The translations under genes were made by a program, and so were the position numbers. 64,000 nucleotides of DNA from an uncultured bacterium (GTDB taxonomy: Bacteria > RBG-13-61-14 > DATKZS01), in contig CAZYTX010000005.1 of NCBI GenBank assembly GCA_964650485.1, forward strand, positions 29,480 through 93,479, given 5' to 3'. Within the stretch, counting starts at the first letter, position 1, and each line of letters opens with the position of its first letter. Under the pieces are notes generated by a model, which saw only the letters and a program-made list of their open reading frames with translations, made no database searches and was not told the DNA's origin. Below are positions 36,938 to 46,934 of this stretch, piece after piece.

Positions 36938-37853
36938 CCCCCGCCAAAAGGTCGAGAACGGCCTTCTGCACGTGAAGCCTGTTCTCGGCCTGGTCGAACA
37001 CTATCGAGTTTTCGCTCTCCATGGCTTGGTCCGTTATCTCGTGACCGCGGTGAGCAGGCAGGCAATGCATCACCCTGGCCCCGGGGGCCGCGGCCAAAAG
37101 CAGCGCCTGGTTTATCTGGAACCCGGAAAAGGCCTTCAGCCTGCGCTCCTTCTCCTCCTCCTGGCCCATGCTCACCCACACGTCGGTGTAGAGCACGTCC
37201 GCGGCCTGGGCGGCCCGCAGCGGGTCCCTGAAAAATTCAATACTGGCGCCCTTTTCCCTTGCGGCCTGCAATATATCCGTGTCAGGATCATACCCCTGCG
37301 GGCATGCCAGATTCAAGTGGAAGCCGAACAGGGCAGCGGCGTTGATCCAGGAGTTGGCCACATTGTTCCCGTCGCCGATGAATGCGATCTTCGCGGAGTC
37401 CGGGTCCAGGCCGGCTTCTTTGATGGTGAACAGGTCTGAGAGGATCTGGCACGGGTGCAAGAGGTCGGTTAGCCCGTTGACCACGGGTACGCCCGAGTAG
37501 CTCGCGAACTCGACCACGTCCTGGTGACGCTGTGCCCGGATCACCACCGCCTGCACGTACCTCTCGAAGACCCTGGCCGTGTCCTTTATGGGCTCGCCCC
37601 TGGAAAGCTGCAGCTCGCTGCCTGGCATGAAAAGCGGGTGGCCCCCGAGCTGGGCGATCCCCACCTGGAAGCTGGCCCGGGTGCGTGTGGAGTGCTTCTC
37701 GAAGATCATGCCCACGCTCTTTCCGGCAAGACTGTTGCACGCGCGCCCCGCTTTCCAATCCGACTTCAGACGCGCGCTCCTCTCGAGTATCAGGGAGACC
37801 TCGTCCCTTTGGTACTCGTGTATCCCGATCAAATGTCTGCCGTATAAATCCAA
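36921..37853 (-). CDS. argF: Ornithine carbamoyltransferase
   Basis: FEKHSTRTR, HPCQ, GDGNNVANS, YTDVWVSMG, MHCLPAHRG, QAENRLH. Confidence 0.95.
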   Translation of the reverse strand: MDLYGRHLIGIHEYQRDEVSLILERSARLKSDWKAGRACNSLAGKSVGMIFEKHSTRTRASFQVGIAQLGGHPLFMPGSELQLSRGEPIKDTARVFERYVQAVVIRAQRHQDVVEFASYSGVPVVNGLTDLLHPCQILSDLFTIKEAGLDPDSAKIAFIGDGNNVANSWINAAALFGFHLNLACPQGYDPDTDILQAAREKGASIEFFRDPLRAAQAADVLYTDVWVSMGQEEEKERRLKAFSGFQINQALLLAAAPGARVMHCLPAHRGHEITDQAMESENSIVFDQAENRLHVQKAVLDLLAGDAKDA

Positions 37854-37993
37854 GGCGCTTAACCCTGTTATTATATTTTTTTAACGCCTCTATTGCAACA
37901 GGCGGTTAAACCTTGTAACCCACAACTCTGCGTTAAGGACGTATGCAGGCAAACACCGCGGCCCTCTTCACGTTGACGCCGGCTCTGCCTTTT

Positions 37994-39133
37994 CTAATCT
38001 TTCAGCACTTCCCTGGAGATGACTATCCTCTGCACCTCGGAGGTTCCCTCGTATATGGCGGTGATCTTGGCGTCGCGATAGAACCTCTCCACCGGGTACT
38101 CCTTTATATACCCGTACCCGCCGTGAATCTGCACGGCCTTGTTGGTCACCCTCTCCGCGACCTCCGCGGCGTAGAGCTTGCACATAGCCGACTCCTTGTT
38201 GAACCACTCTTTTGCCATCTTCATCTTCGCGGCCCTCCATGTGAGCAGCCTTGCCGCGTCAACCTCGGTGGCCATGTCGGCGAGCATGAACTGTATGGCC
38301 TGGAAGCTCGATATGGTCTTTCCGAACTGCACCCTCTCCTTGGCGAAGTTCACCGCGGCGTCAAGTGCCCCCCTGGCAATGCCCACGGCCTGCGAGGCAA
38401 TGCCTATCCTGCCGCCGTCCAGGGTGTGCATGGCCACGCGGAAGCCCTTGCCCCTCTCTCCCAGCAGGTTGTCCTTTGGCACGCGGCAGTCCTCGAATAT
38501 CAGCTCCGCGGTGCTGGACCCCAGGATCCCCAGCTTCTCCTCCAGCTTGCCCACGGAGAAGCCGGGCGCGTCCTTTGGCACTATAAAGGCGCTGATGCCC
38601 CGGTGTGAGGGGTCATCTTCTGTCCTGGCGAAGAGCACGCACACCCCGGCCTCTTTGCCGTTTGTGATAAAGAGCTTGGACCCGTTTATGATCCACTCGT
38701 CCCCCTTGAGCTCGGCCTTGGTCTTTATCGCGGCCGCGTCCGAGCCGGCCTGCGGCTCGGTCAGCCCCAGGCAGCCGATGGTCTCGCCCTTGGCCAGAGG
38801 CGCCAGGTAATTCTTTTTCTGAAGGTCAGTGCCGAAGTGCATGACCGGGGATATGGCCAGAGAGTTGTGCGCGGACATGATCACACCGGTGCTGCCGCAG
38901 GCAGCGGAGATCTCCTCCACCGCTATGGCGTAGGAGAGCGTGTCCATGCCGGCGCCGCCCCACTCCTCCGGGACCTCGACCCCCATGAGACCCAGTTCAG
39001 CCATCTGCTTAATCACGTCCTCCGGGTACTCGTGGTTCTTGTCAACCTCCGCGGACCGGGGCGCGACCACGTTCTTTGCAAAGTCCCGGGTCATGTCCTG
39101 GATCATCCGCTGCTCTTCCGTGAGATCGAACAT
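37994..39133 (-). CDS. Short-chain/butyryl acyl-CoA dehydrogenase
   Basis: LTEPQAGSDA, NGSKLFITNG, LDGGRIGIA, QIHGGYGY, IYEGTSE. Confidence 0.92.
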   Translation of the reverse strand: MFDLTEEQRMIQDMTRDFAKNVVAPRSAEVDKNHEYPEDVIKQMAELGLMGVEVPEEWGGAGMDTLSYAIAVEEISAACGSTGVIMSAHNSLAISPVMHFGTDLQKKNYLAPLAKGETIGCLGLTEPQAGSDAAAIKTKAELKGDEWIINGSKLFITNGKEAGVCVLFARTEDDPSHRGISAFIVPKDAPGFSVGKLEEKLGILGSSTAELIFEDCRVPKDNLLGERGKGFRVAMHTLDGGRIGIASQAVGIARGALDAAVNFAKERVQFGKTISSFQAIQFMLADMATEVDAARLLTWRAAKMKMAKEWFNKESAMCKLYAAEVAERVTNKAVQIHGGYGYIKEYPVERFYRDAKITAIYEGTSEVQRIVISREVLKD

Positions 39134-39258
39134 CGCACACCTCCTTGAAAACGCTACTGCATCGTATCAGAACAACTATTTTTGATTTTCCTCGTTTAAA
39201 TGTCAAGGTCCGTGAGATTACGTGTCCTGAAATTATTTGGCCCGGCTTGACCCTGTAA

Positions 39259-39285
39259 TCCGGTATGATAATATATCGTACCGGA
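39259..39285. promoter_or_regulatory. Palindromic operator overlapping the TA promoter
   Basis: TCCGGTATGAT-N5-ATCGTACCGGA (10/11 inverted match) over an extended -10; TTGACC at 39247-39252. Confidence 0.65.
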
Positions 39286-39295
39286 GGTGAGACTG

Positions 39296-39535
39296 ATGGG
39301 CTCGGCAAAGGTTGCGATCACGATTGAGGAGGAACTGCTTCGGACGGTTGACCGATGGGTGAAGCAGGGCCGCTACAAGAACCGCAGCCAGGCCATCCAG
39401 GCCGCGGTGCGGGAGAAGACCCGGCGCTGGCGCCGGACCCGGCTTGCCGAGGAGCTTGCAAAGCTTGACCGCGAAGAGGAGCGGGCTCTTTCCGATGAAA
39501 GGTTTGAGGGCGAGACATGGCCCGAAGAATTTTGA
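39296..39535 (+). CDS. Ribbon-helix-helix (CopG/MazE-type) antitoxin
   Basis: KVAITIEEELL..VD..V......NRSQAIQAAV; GGAGGT RBS; overlaps toxin start. Confidence 0.85.
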   Translation: MGSAKVAITIEEELLRTVDRWVKQGRYKNRSQAIQAAVREKTRRWRRTRLAEELAKLDREEERALSDERFEGETWPEEF

Positions 39536-39858
39536 GAGGTGACATCTACTGGGCGGAGCTCGCATGCGTGCGCGGGCGTGAGCAGTCGGGCCGCAGGCCG
39601 GTGCTTGTCCTCAGCCGCGAGATATTCAACCAGCGCTCGGGGACCGTAATAGCAATGGCCATCACCGGCAGTCCCCAGTCAGCCGGCTTTCCTCTTACTT
39701 ATCCTTTGCCCGACAATCTCATGCCAAAAGCATCGTGGGTCAAGATCAGCCAGGTACGCACCCTTTCCTCGGGGCGGCTGGGAAAGAAGCTCGGCCGTCT
39801 GCCTGAAAACGAAGTGGACCGCATTCTGGAAGGACTGCTGGACATTATCGGTCCGTAA
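39517..39858 (+). CDS. PemK/MazF family toxin (endoribonuclease)
   Basis: RGDIYWA, GREQSGRRPVLVLS, AIT, QVRTLS..RL. Confidence 0.9.
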   Translation: MARRILRGDIYWAELACVRGREQSGRRPVLVLSREIFNQRSGTVIAMAITGSPQSAGFPLTYPLPDNLMPKASWVKISQVRTLSSGRLGKKLGRLPENEVDRILEGLLDIIGP

Positions 39859-39920
39859 GCTGCTATTGCCTCAACAAATTCTTCCGCGGCGTCAGTATGC
39901 TTCATGTCGCAGTATCGGTT

Positions 39921-40703
39921 TCACTCTCCCTTGAACCGCGGGTCCCTCTTTTCCATGAAGGCGCTCATGCCCTCTTTCTGGTCGCTTGTGTCAAAGCACT
40001 GCGCGAACAAAGACCTCTCGATCAGCAGGGCCTTGTCAAGGTCCTCGTCGTATCCCGACTCCACTGACTGCTTTGCCAGGCTGATGGCCACCGGGCCCTT
40101 TGCCATGATGGTGCGTGCCAGGTTCCTGGCCTCGTCCATGAGTTCCTCGGGCGTGCAGACCCTGTTAACCAGTCCTATTGCCAGTGCCCTGGTGGAGTCG
40201 AAGTACTCACCCGAGAAGATGATCTCCTTGGCCCTGGCTTTTCCCAGCAGCCTGGTCAGCCGCTGGGTGCCGCCGAACCCCGGGAACACGCCCAGGTTCA
40301 CCTCGGGCGTGCCGAAGCGGGCCTTTTCCGATGCCAGGATTATATCGCATGATATGGCCAGCTCCGTGCCCCCTCCCAGGGCGTAGCCGTTGACCGCGGC
40401 CAGCACCGGCTTTGGTAACTGCTCGATCATGCGGAACACGCTCTGGCCGAGCTCGGAGAATGCAAAGGCCTGCCGGGGCGTGAACTCCTTCATCGCGGCT
40501 ATGTCCGCGCCGGCCACGAAGCTCTTGTCCCCGGCGCCGGTGATGATGACCACCTTTACGTCTTCCCTGCCGCCGCACTCGAGTATCTTCTGTCTTAGCT
40601 CGAATAGGAGGTCCGGGTTGAGGGCGTTCATCTGTTTTGGCCGGTTGATGGTGAGACAGCCGATCCCTTCGGAAACGTCCAGGAGGACCAGTTCATCCGT
40701 CAT
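39921..40703 (-). CDS. Enoyl-CoA hydratase (crotonase)
   Basis: NRPKQMNAL, FVAGADI, AAVNGYALGGGTELA, FGTPEVNLG..PGFGGTQRL; start MTDELV at 40703. Confidence 0.92.
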   Translation of the reverse strand: MTDELVLLDVSEGIGCLTINRPKQMNALNPDLLFELRQKILECGGREDVKVVIITGAGDKSFVAGADIAAMKEFTPRQAFAFSELGQSVFRMIEQLPKPVLAAVNGYALGGGTELAISCDIILASEKARFGTPEVNLGVFPGFGGTQRLTRLLGKARAKEIIFSGEYFDSTRALAIGLVNRVCTPEELMDEARNLARTIMAKGPVAISLAKQSVESGYDEDLDKALLIERSLFAQCFDTSDQKEGMSAFMEKRDPRFKGE

Positions 40704-40717
40704 AAAAGACTCCTTTA

Positions 40718-41902
40718 TCAATCTCTTCTCAGCACCATGGCGGTTGCTTCGCCGCCGCCAATGCACAGGCTCCCCATGCCCAGCTTTGCGTTGTTTCTCT
40801 TCATGGCATAGAGCAGGGTCACAGTTACGCGCGCGCCCGAGCAACCTATTGGATGGCCGATGGAGGCCGCGCCCCCGTAGATGTTTACCTTGTCCCAGTC
40901 AAGACCTCCGAACTCCTTTGCCGCGGCCAGCACCTGCACGCTGAAGGCCTCGTTAATCTCCCACAGGTCAATGTCATCCTTTTTAATCCCGGTCTTTTCC
41001 AGCAGGTCCTTCATGGCGAACGCTGGCGCGGTAGTGAACCATTCGGGGTCCTGTGCAAAGACCGAGTGGTTCACTATCGCGGCCATGGGCTCGCACCCGA
41101 GCTCCTCGGCTTTCTCTCTGGTCATCAGCACCATTGCCGCTGCCCCGTCGTTTATGGATGATGCGTTCCCCGCTGTCACGGTCCCGTCCTTGTTGAACGC
41201 GGGCGGCAGCTTCTGCATCTTTTCCCAGTCGTATTTCTGCGGCTCCTCGTCAACCTCCACCATCACAGTCTTCTTTTTCTGCTTGACCTCCACCGGAACT
41301 ATCTCCTCTTTGTAGATGCCTTTCTCTGTTGCCTCTCTCGCCCGCTCGTAGCTCCTCTTTGCAAAAAGGTCCTGCTCCTGCCGGGAGATCTCGTACTTCT
41401 TTGCGCACAGGTCGGCAAAGCTTCCCATGTGCTTGTCCTGGTACGGGTCCCACAGCCCGTCGTTCACCATGGTGTCAACAGCGGTTCCCGGCCCCATTCG
41501 CAGGCCGGTCCTTGCGCCCGGCAGGGCGTAGGGCGCCATGCTCATGCTCTCCATTCCCCCGGCTACTATGATCTCAGCGTGGCCGGCCCTTATCATGGAG
41601 TCGGCCAGCATTGCCGTGCGCATGCCCGAGCCGCATACCTTGTTAACGGTAATGGCGCCCACCGAGGTGGGTATGCCGGCGTGAATGGATGCCTGCCTGG
41701 CCGGGGCCTGGCCCTGGGCCGCGGGAAGAACGCAGCCCATTATGACCTCGTCAACCATGTCCACGGCCAGCTTGCCCCCGGCGCGTTCGATCGCGGACTT
41801 GATGGCTGTCGCACCCAGCCGTGGCCCGGGCACGGCGCCTAGACTTCCCAGAAAGGAACCCACCGGGGTTCTTGCCGCGCCCACTATCACGGTTTCATTC
41901 AT
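40718..41902 (-). CDS. Acetyl-CoA C-acetyltransferase (thiolase)
   Basis: NKVCGSG, GGMESMS, NDGAAA, EINEAF, GHPIGCSG, CIGGG. Confidence 0.95.
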   Translation of the reverse strand: MNETVIVGAARTPVGSFLGSLGAVPGPRLGATAIKSAIERAGGKLAVDMVDEVIMGCVLPAAQGQAPARQASIHAGIPTSVGAITVNKVCGSGMRTAMLADSMIRAGHAEIIVAGGMESMSMAPYALPGARTGLRMGPGTAVDTMVNDGLWDPYQDKHMGSFADLCAKKYEISRQEQDLFAKRSYERAREATEKGIYKEEIVPVEVKQKKKTVMVEVDEEPQKYDWEKMQKLPPAFNKDGTVTAGNASSINDGAAAMVLMTREKAEELGCEPMAAIVNHSVFAQDPEWFTTAPAFAMKDLLEKTGIKKDDIDLWEINEAFSVQVLAAAKEFGGLDWDKVNIYGGAASIGHPIGCSGARVTVTLLYAMKRNNAKLGMGSLCIGGGEATAMVLRRD

Positions 41903-41946
41903 TTACTCACCTCTCTTGATAGACGTTAACAACAAGGAACATGTTA

Positions 41947-41980
41947 AATGAAGAAGGAGAGGCGGTAAAGCCGCCTCTCC
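41947..41980 (-). terminator. Intrinsic terminator of lipoprotein gene
   Basis: Perfect 10-bp stem GGAGAGGCGG/CCGCCTCTCC (41956-41980), followed on the minus strand by TTCTTCATTT. Confidence 0.7.
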
Positions 41981-42007
41981 CCTCGGCTCATCCCATCGCC
42001 CTGTTAT

Positions 42008-43147
42008 CTAGAAATCCAGATTGTTTCTAGGAGGCAGACAATCGTTGCCACTTCCGTTTTTGCTGCTCATGTTGAAAGTCCTGTTGAAGGGGTCAACGCT
42101 TATGGAGACCTTGCAGTCCCCGTTATAGGGTCCCAGGCCGTTCCAGGGACGGTCTGCATCGAACATGTAAATATTGGTTATGTTGAATTCATTAAACGGC
42201 TCGGGTTCGAAAGACGAGGGCCAGGCGGCATCGTAGCCGCTAAGCAGGATGAGGCCGTCCTCGTCGTCCACGGAGTAGTAAATTGGATACCTGCCGGAGA
42301 GCGGAGAAGCGCCGGCCCCGTCGCTGTCCACCACGGCACTTATGTTCACCATCCACATCCCGTCGGTGGCGCCCCCTGGTGTGGTGCCGGTAGCCGGTTG
42401 TCCGTCAAAGGGGTCCAGCACCAGGTACCTGGTGGCCGTGCCCCATACCTGGTAGGTTCCCGTGCTTACCCCCTGTTCGAGCCTCCCGCCTGTAAAGCCG
42501 GAGTAGCTCTTTACAATGACCTGCTCGCTCTCCTGGCTCACGTATGCCTGGATGTCCACCGCTCCGTCCAGCTCCCAGGTGGCCCCGGCTAAAGGGTCCG
42601 GCCAGTGGCAGTCAACATAGTTCAGCACGTAATGATGGTCTCCTTTTTCCTGGCAGAAATTGACGCCGTTCTGGTTACAGAACTCGCTCGCAAACTCTGC
42701 GTAGTCAAACCTGTCGTTATCGTTACTGTCCAGGGTGCAGGGGTTCTCGGCGACCGGGAAGCCCCTCAGGTAAAAGGGCGTGTCATCGAGGAATATTCCC
42801 GTTCTGACGGTAACGCCGGCCATGACGGTGGTCCCTGTCTTGACGTTCCCGAAGAGGACGTCGTCGCTCATGATCCTTACAATGTCCCTTACCTTGTTAG
42901 TGTTTATACGCCCCCTGAGCAGGTTCTTGCAGTGGGTGCCGAAATCAACTCCCGTGCTGATGTCGTCACATCTGGGCTCACCCTCCTGCAGTGCTATCTC
43001 CCCCATTTGATAGTCTATGTTACGGGCGACTTCCTGGAGGCTGAGGGGCTGTGACTTGTCTTCTTCCTCTTCTTCCTCTGCAATGCAGGATGTAAAACAG
43101 AACGAGGCGATTATTACAGCAAGTAAAGCCATCCATTCCTTTTTCAT
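42008..43147 (-). CDS. Hypothetical lipoprotein
   Basis: MKK start, hydrophobic core, FTSC lipobox, acidic linker, eight further Cys; GGAGG RBS; own terminator. Confidence 0.75.
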   Translation of the reverse strand: MKKEWMALLAVIIASFCFTSCIAEEEEEEDKSQPLSLQEVARNIDYQMGEIALQEGEPRCDDISTGVDFGTHCKNLLRGRINTNKVRDIVRIMSDDVLFGNVKTGTTVMAGVTVRTGIFLDDTPFYLRGFPVAENPCTLDSNDNDRFDYAEFASEFCNQNGVNFCQEKGDHHYVLNYVDCHWPDPLAGATWELDGAVDIQAYVSQESEQVIVKSYSGFTGGRLEQGVSTGTYQVWGTATRYLVLDPFDGQPATGTTPGGATDGMWMVNISAVVDSDGAGASPLSGRYPIYYSVDDEDGLILLSGYDAAWPSSFEPEPFNEFNITNIYMFDADRPWNGLGPYNGDCKVSISVDPFNRTFNMSSKNGSGNDCLPPRNNLDF

Positions 43148-43278
43148 AACATCCTTCCTCCTTGTCCCTTTTTACGCATAAGGTCAGCTAACATTACCAT
43201 GATGCATCCGATGTTGTCAAGTGAAAAAATCCACTCTGATGTCAAGCACTTGTAAAGCCGGATGAGAGCTTAGAGTGG

Positions 43279-43566
43279 CTATTTTTTCCTAAAAAGATCA
43301 TCCAGGCGCTTTTTAGCCTCGTCTTTCTGCGAGGTCTCCTCTCCGCCTCTGGCACCCTGGAACTCGAAGTAGTCGCACAAGTTGGCCCTGTCCCTGTCCC
43401 TCACCATCTCGGCCTTGGGCTCCCTGCACTGGTTGTGAAAGCCGGTGTCATGGAACCTGCATTGCAGGCAGCAGTGAAGGTCGCGGCCGCAATGAGGACA
43501 GACGTCCTTCCTCATCACCCTGGTTTTTATCTCGATCTCGCCCCGGCAGAAAAAGCACTCCGGCAT
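43279..43566 (-). CDS. Small conserved Cys-rich zinc-binding protein
   Basis: CFFC, CPHCGRDLHCCLQCRFH, QCRE, ANLCDYF, C-terminal LDDLF. Confidence 0.75.
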   Translation of the reverse strand: MPECFFCRGEIEIKTRVMRKDVCPHCGRDLHCCLQCRFHDTGFHNQCREPKAEMVRDRDRANLCDYFEFQGARGGEETSQKDEAKKRLDDLFRKK

Positions 43567-43582
43567 TTCCCTTGTCCCTGGT

Positions 43583-45649
43583 TTACTTTGCTCCGCTCCC
43601 TGGTTCCCGGCCGCTCGCAGGTTGTTCCTCCGGGAACTCGAACTTCTTTGGCTCTCCCTCCTGTTTTATGGTGATGATCTTGTCCACGCCCACGTCCTCG
43701 ATGGCCTGCAGCTCTCCACCGGGCCACCTGACCGATAATTTATCCACTCTTTCGGCACTGCCCAGCCCGAAGTGAAGGGTGAAAGGCTCGCTGGCAAGAT
43801 ATGCCTGTCCCCCGCTCACCTGCCTTGTGAAAATATCCTTGCCGCACTGCAAGACCACAACCGCGCCGATGCCCATGGCGTTAGTGCCCCCTCCTTCGAG
43901 CTTAACCTTAAGGTAATGCCTGCCAGGATAAGGGGTGTTGATGAAAAGGTTGTCCTCCCGCAGGTACTGGCTGGCGAACAGGTCCAGGGCGCCGTCCTGG
44001 TTTACGTCCGCCCAGACAATGGCCATGGGCGTTTCCCCGGCCGCTCCCATGTTCAACTCGTCGCTTACTTCTTTGAAGGTCCCGTCCCCCAGGTTCTTGT
44101 ACACCCTTATCCCTCGGATGTTGTCGGAGACGGCCACGTCCAGGAAACCGTCGTTGTCCAGGTCGCCCCAGGCAGGACACAGGGTCATGCCGCTGAACTC
44201 GACCCTCATGTACCTTGTTACGTTTACAAAGCTTTTCCCCTGCTGGTTCTGATACAGGTCCGTGCCAAAAGGACCGGAGGCTGCAAAGAGGTCCAGGAAC
44301 CCGTCGTTGTTATAGTCGGCCCAGTACACCCCCCAGTTGGCCTTGAATAACCTTTTGTCATTCTGGCCGGCCACCTCGAAGTCCAGGCCCGTCTTTTCCG
44401 TGGCATTCTCAAAACCCTCGCCCTCCATGTTGTGGTAGAGCGCCGAGGGCTGGCCACGGACGCCCACGAACAGGTCAGGGAAAGAATCGTTGTCATAGTC
44501 CGCGGCCGCGGCAGAGAAGGTGGTGGGCTGGCGGTTGCCGAGCTCCATGGCAAGGGATTCCTTTTCAAAGGTTCGGGGAAAGACCTGCTCGAAGCCCGTG
44601 CCGGTATTGTGGAAAAGACGGTCGTCATTTTGCGGGTCCCCGATAAAGAGGTCAAGCAGTCCGTCCGCGTCAAAGTCAATCCAGGCCGCGGCCCATCCCT
44701 TTACAAAGGGAAGGCCCACCTGTTTGGTGACCTCCTGGAAGCGGGCCTCTCCCAGGTTATGAAAAAGCTTGCAGTGCTGTCCGGTGACTATGAGGTCCGG
44801 GAGCCGGTCATTGTCGAAATCTCCGAAGAAGGCCCCGTTATACAATCCCCGTCCCGGGTCCAGTCCGGAGTCCGGGCTGTGTTGAAAAGAGCCTTTACCC
44901 GTGCCCAGGTACAGCCTGAAGACGTCCGATGCAATGATCAAGAGGTCCATGAACCCGTCCCGGTTGATGTCCGCGATGGCCGCGCCGGTGTCCTTGGTCC
45001 TCTCATCGTAAGCCAGCCCCCAGTTGTGCGCCTGTTCATGCAGAGGCTGGAGCGGGGCCTCTTCGTGCCGGCCGAGCACCTGCAATCCCCCCTCGAGCAC
45101 GGCTTCCGAGCCGTCCGGGCTCATTACCCTGACGTCCACCACCCCGGGCTCCAGGCCGGGCAGCTCTGCCAGGATCAGACGCTCGTTTTTTACCTCCACT
45201 CCAGGAGACTCGAGCTCAGCGAAGAACACCCTGGCCCCCCGGGAAAAGGCCCTTCCCCGCAGACGCACAATGTTTTTTCCCTCTGCCGGCTGAAGTCTGG
45301 AAGGCATGGCGCGCGCGAGAGCCATGCTGCTCTCGAAGTTGATGGCGGCCTCGAGTTCTGCCGAGGTCCCGTCCGGGTTTTCCACCCTGACATCCGCGGT
45401 CCCCCCTGGCATGGACACAGGGGTCATGGCGATGATGCGCTTTTGGGACACCGATATGGTCTGCCGGGATTCCCGGTCCCCGAACCACACCCGTGCGTCC
45501 TCGCTAAAGCCCCGCCCCCTTATGTCAACCATTGCCTGCCTGCCGGCCTTTACTTTCGACGGCTTTACAGAATCGAGCTTTAACCTGTCCTCCGTGCAAC
45601 CGCCCATAAGAAGCACGGCAATCAAAAGGATCATCCACCCGCTCCTCAT
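43583..45649 (-). CDS. IPT/TIG plus FG-GAP repeats plus ASPIC/UnbV (CRTAC1-like) lipoprotein
   Basis: MGGC lipobox, two IPT domains (GRGFS, VRVENPDG), repeated DxDNDGxxDL, C-terminal LHFGLG...VRWPGG. Confidence 0.85.
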   Translation of the reverse strand: MRSGWMILLIAVLLMGGCTEDRLKLDSVKPSKVKAGRQAMVDIRGRGFSEDARVWFGDRESRQTISVSQKRIIAMTPVSMPGGTADVRVENPDGTSAELEAAINFESSMALARAMPSRLQPAEGKNIVRLRGRAFSRGARVFFAELESPGVEVKNERLILAELPGLEPGVVDVRVMSPDGSEAVLEGGLQVLGRHEEAPLQPLHEQAHNWGLAYDERTKDTGAAIADINRDGFMDLLIIASDVFRLYLGTGKGSFQHSPDSGLDPGRGLYNGAFFGDFDNDRLPDLIVTGQHCKLFHNLGEARFQEVTKQVGLPFVKGWAAAWIDFDADGLLDLFIGDPQNDDRLFHNTGTGFEQVFPRTFEKESLAMELGNRQPTTFSAAAADYDNDSFPDLFVGVRGQPSALYHNMEGEGFENATEKTGLDFEVAGQNDKRLFKANWGVYWADYNNDGFLDLFAASGPFGTDLYQNQQGKSFVNVTRYMRVEFSGMTLCPAWGDLDNDGFLDVAVSDNIRGIRVYKNLGDGTFKEVSDELNMGAAGETPMAIVWADVNQDGALDLFASQYLREDNLFINTPYPGRHYLKVKLEGGGTNAMGIGAVVVLQCGKDIFTRQVSGGQAYLASEPFTLHFGLGSAERVDKLSVRWPGGELQAIEDVGVDKIITIKQEGEPKKFEFPEEQPASGREPGSGAK

Positions 45650-45708
45650 GACTTGTCCCCTTTGCTTCATGGTGTTATAAGTATAGACCAAACCAAGGAG
45701 GTCAGGCA

Positions 45709-46197
45709 ATGAAGCTCGGAGTTATTTCCGATACCCATGACCACCTGGGGCGTGTTTCAAATGCCCTGCAGAGTTTCAATGACAAAGGTGTGGAGCACAT
45801 ACTCCACGCGGGGGACATATGCTCGCCCTTTGTCTTCTCCGAGTTCAAGAAGTTCTACATGCCGCTTACCGCGGTGTTCGGCAACAACGACGGGGACTGG
45901 CTCCTGCTGACAAAGACGGTCCATGGCGCCGGGGAGATCAAGAAGGGACCGCTCTCCCTTGAGCTCTCCGGCAGGAAAATCGCTCTCATGCACGAGCCCG
46001 TGTTCATAGACGCCTTGGCCGACTCCGGACATTTTGACCTGGTGGTCTACGGCCACCTGCACGGCAGGGAGGAGCGCAAAAGAGGCAAGGCATTGATACT
46101 CAACCCGGGAGAGTGCAGCGGTTACCTTACCAATGATCCGTCCGTCATGGTGTGCGACCTTTCCGACATGTCGGTGGAGGCGGTTAAGCTGGATTGA
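45709..46197 (+). CDS. YfcE/MJ0936-family metallophosphoesterase
   Basis: SDTHD, HAGD, GNND, YGHLH, LNPGE. Confidence 0.9.
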   Translation: MKLGVISDTHDHLGRVSNALQSFNDKGVEHILHAGDICSPFVFSEFKKFYMPLTAVFGNNDGDWLLLTKTVHGAGEIKKGPLSLELSGRKIALMHEPVFIDALADSGHFDLVVYGHLHGREERKRGKALILNPGECSGYLTNDPSVMVCDLSDMSVEAVKLD

Positions 46198-46373
46198 TTG
46201 AGGGGTGGGGGTTGAGGTTTGGCCGCGGCAAGGCCGGCGATGGTAACCATCGCGACTATAACAGCCATGCGGTTTTTCAGGCAGAACTTTATATAAAAAA
46301 TTTGACCATTTGCGCGAATCTGCTAAGTTTCTTAATCGTACGTTCCATCAGCTCGCCATCAGGAGGATTTTTC

Positions 46374-46871
46374 TTGCGCATCCTGGTTATATCCGACACT
46401 CACGGACACATTGAAATCGCGCGCAAGGTGATTGTTGAGCGGGGCCCCTGGGACCAGATAATCCACCTGGGAGACAGCATGGCCGACGCGGTGGACCTCT
46501 CGGCCGAGCTCAAGGTGAACGTATTGGCCCTGCCCGGAAACAACGAGTACCCGGGCTCGGCTCCCGTGGACGAAGAGTTCATCTTCGAGGCCGAAGGAGT
46601 CAGGTTCTACGCAATGCACGGACACGAGCTGGAGCTGAACCCCTGGGACAAGAACCTGGAAGCGGCCCTGGCCGAGCTTGTAAAAAGGGCCTTACAGGCG
46701 GGGGCATCAGTGGCCCTGTTCGGCCACACCCACGTGCCCCTTAAAAAGGAGCTCGGGGGCGTGCTGCTGATAAACCCCGGCGCAATGGGCATGGGCGATC
46801 ATCAAAAGACATATGCGGTGATAAACGTGGATGAGTCAGGAGAGACAAAAGCAGAGATATTGGAGGTGTGA
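46374..46871 (+). CDS. YfcE/YsnB-family metallophosphoesterase
   Basis: TTG start after AGGAGG; SDTHG, HLGD, GNNE, MHG, FGHTH, INPG. Confidence 0.88.
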   Translation: MRILVISDTHGHIEIARKVIVERGPWDQIIHLGDSMADAVDLSAELKVNVLALPGNNEYPGSAPVDEEFIFEAEGVRFYAMHGHELELNPWDKNLEAALAELVKRALQAGASVALFGHTHVPLKKELGGVLLINPGAMGMGDHQKTYAVINVDESGETKAEILEV

Positions 46872-46933
46872 GGGATGAGGTGTGAGATACTGCTGCTCCT
46901 CTGAGGGTGAGCGCTCAAAACTCACATCTCAAA
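46863..46933. repeat. Heptamer-periodic inverted repeat (TGAGGTG/CACATCTCA type)
   Basis: GAGGTGTGAGGGATGAGGTGTGAG (46863-46886) versus CTCAAAACTCACATCTCAAA (46914-46933). Confidence 0.5.
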
Positions 46934-46934
46934 G

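Noticed and set aside
37860..37990. Possible ARG box or attenuator upstream of argF
   Set aside because: Only a weak hairpin (TTAACGCCT...AGGCGGTTAA); no ARG-box consensus or Arg-rich leader peptide.
46194..46373. N-terminal extension of the second metallophosphoesterase; hairpin GCGATGG-TAA-CCATCGC
   Set aside because: Family alignment and AGGAGG support the TTG at 46374; the single short hairpin is too weak to call a REP.
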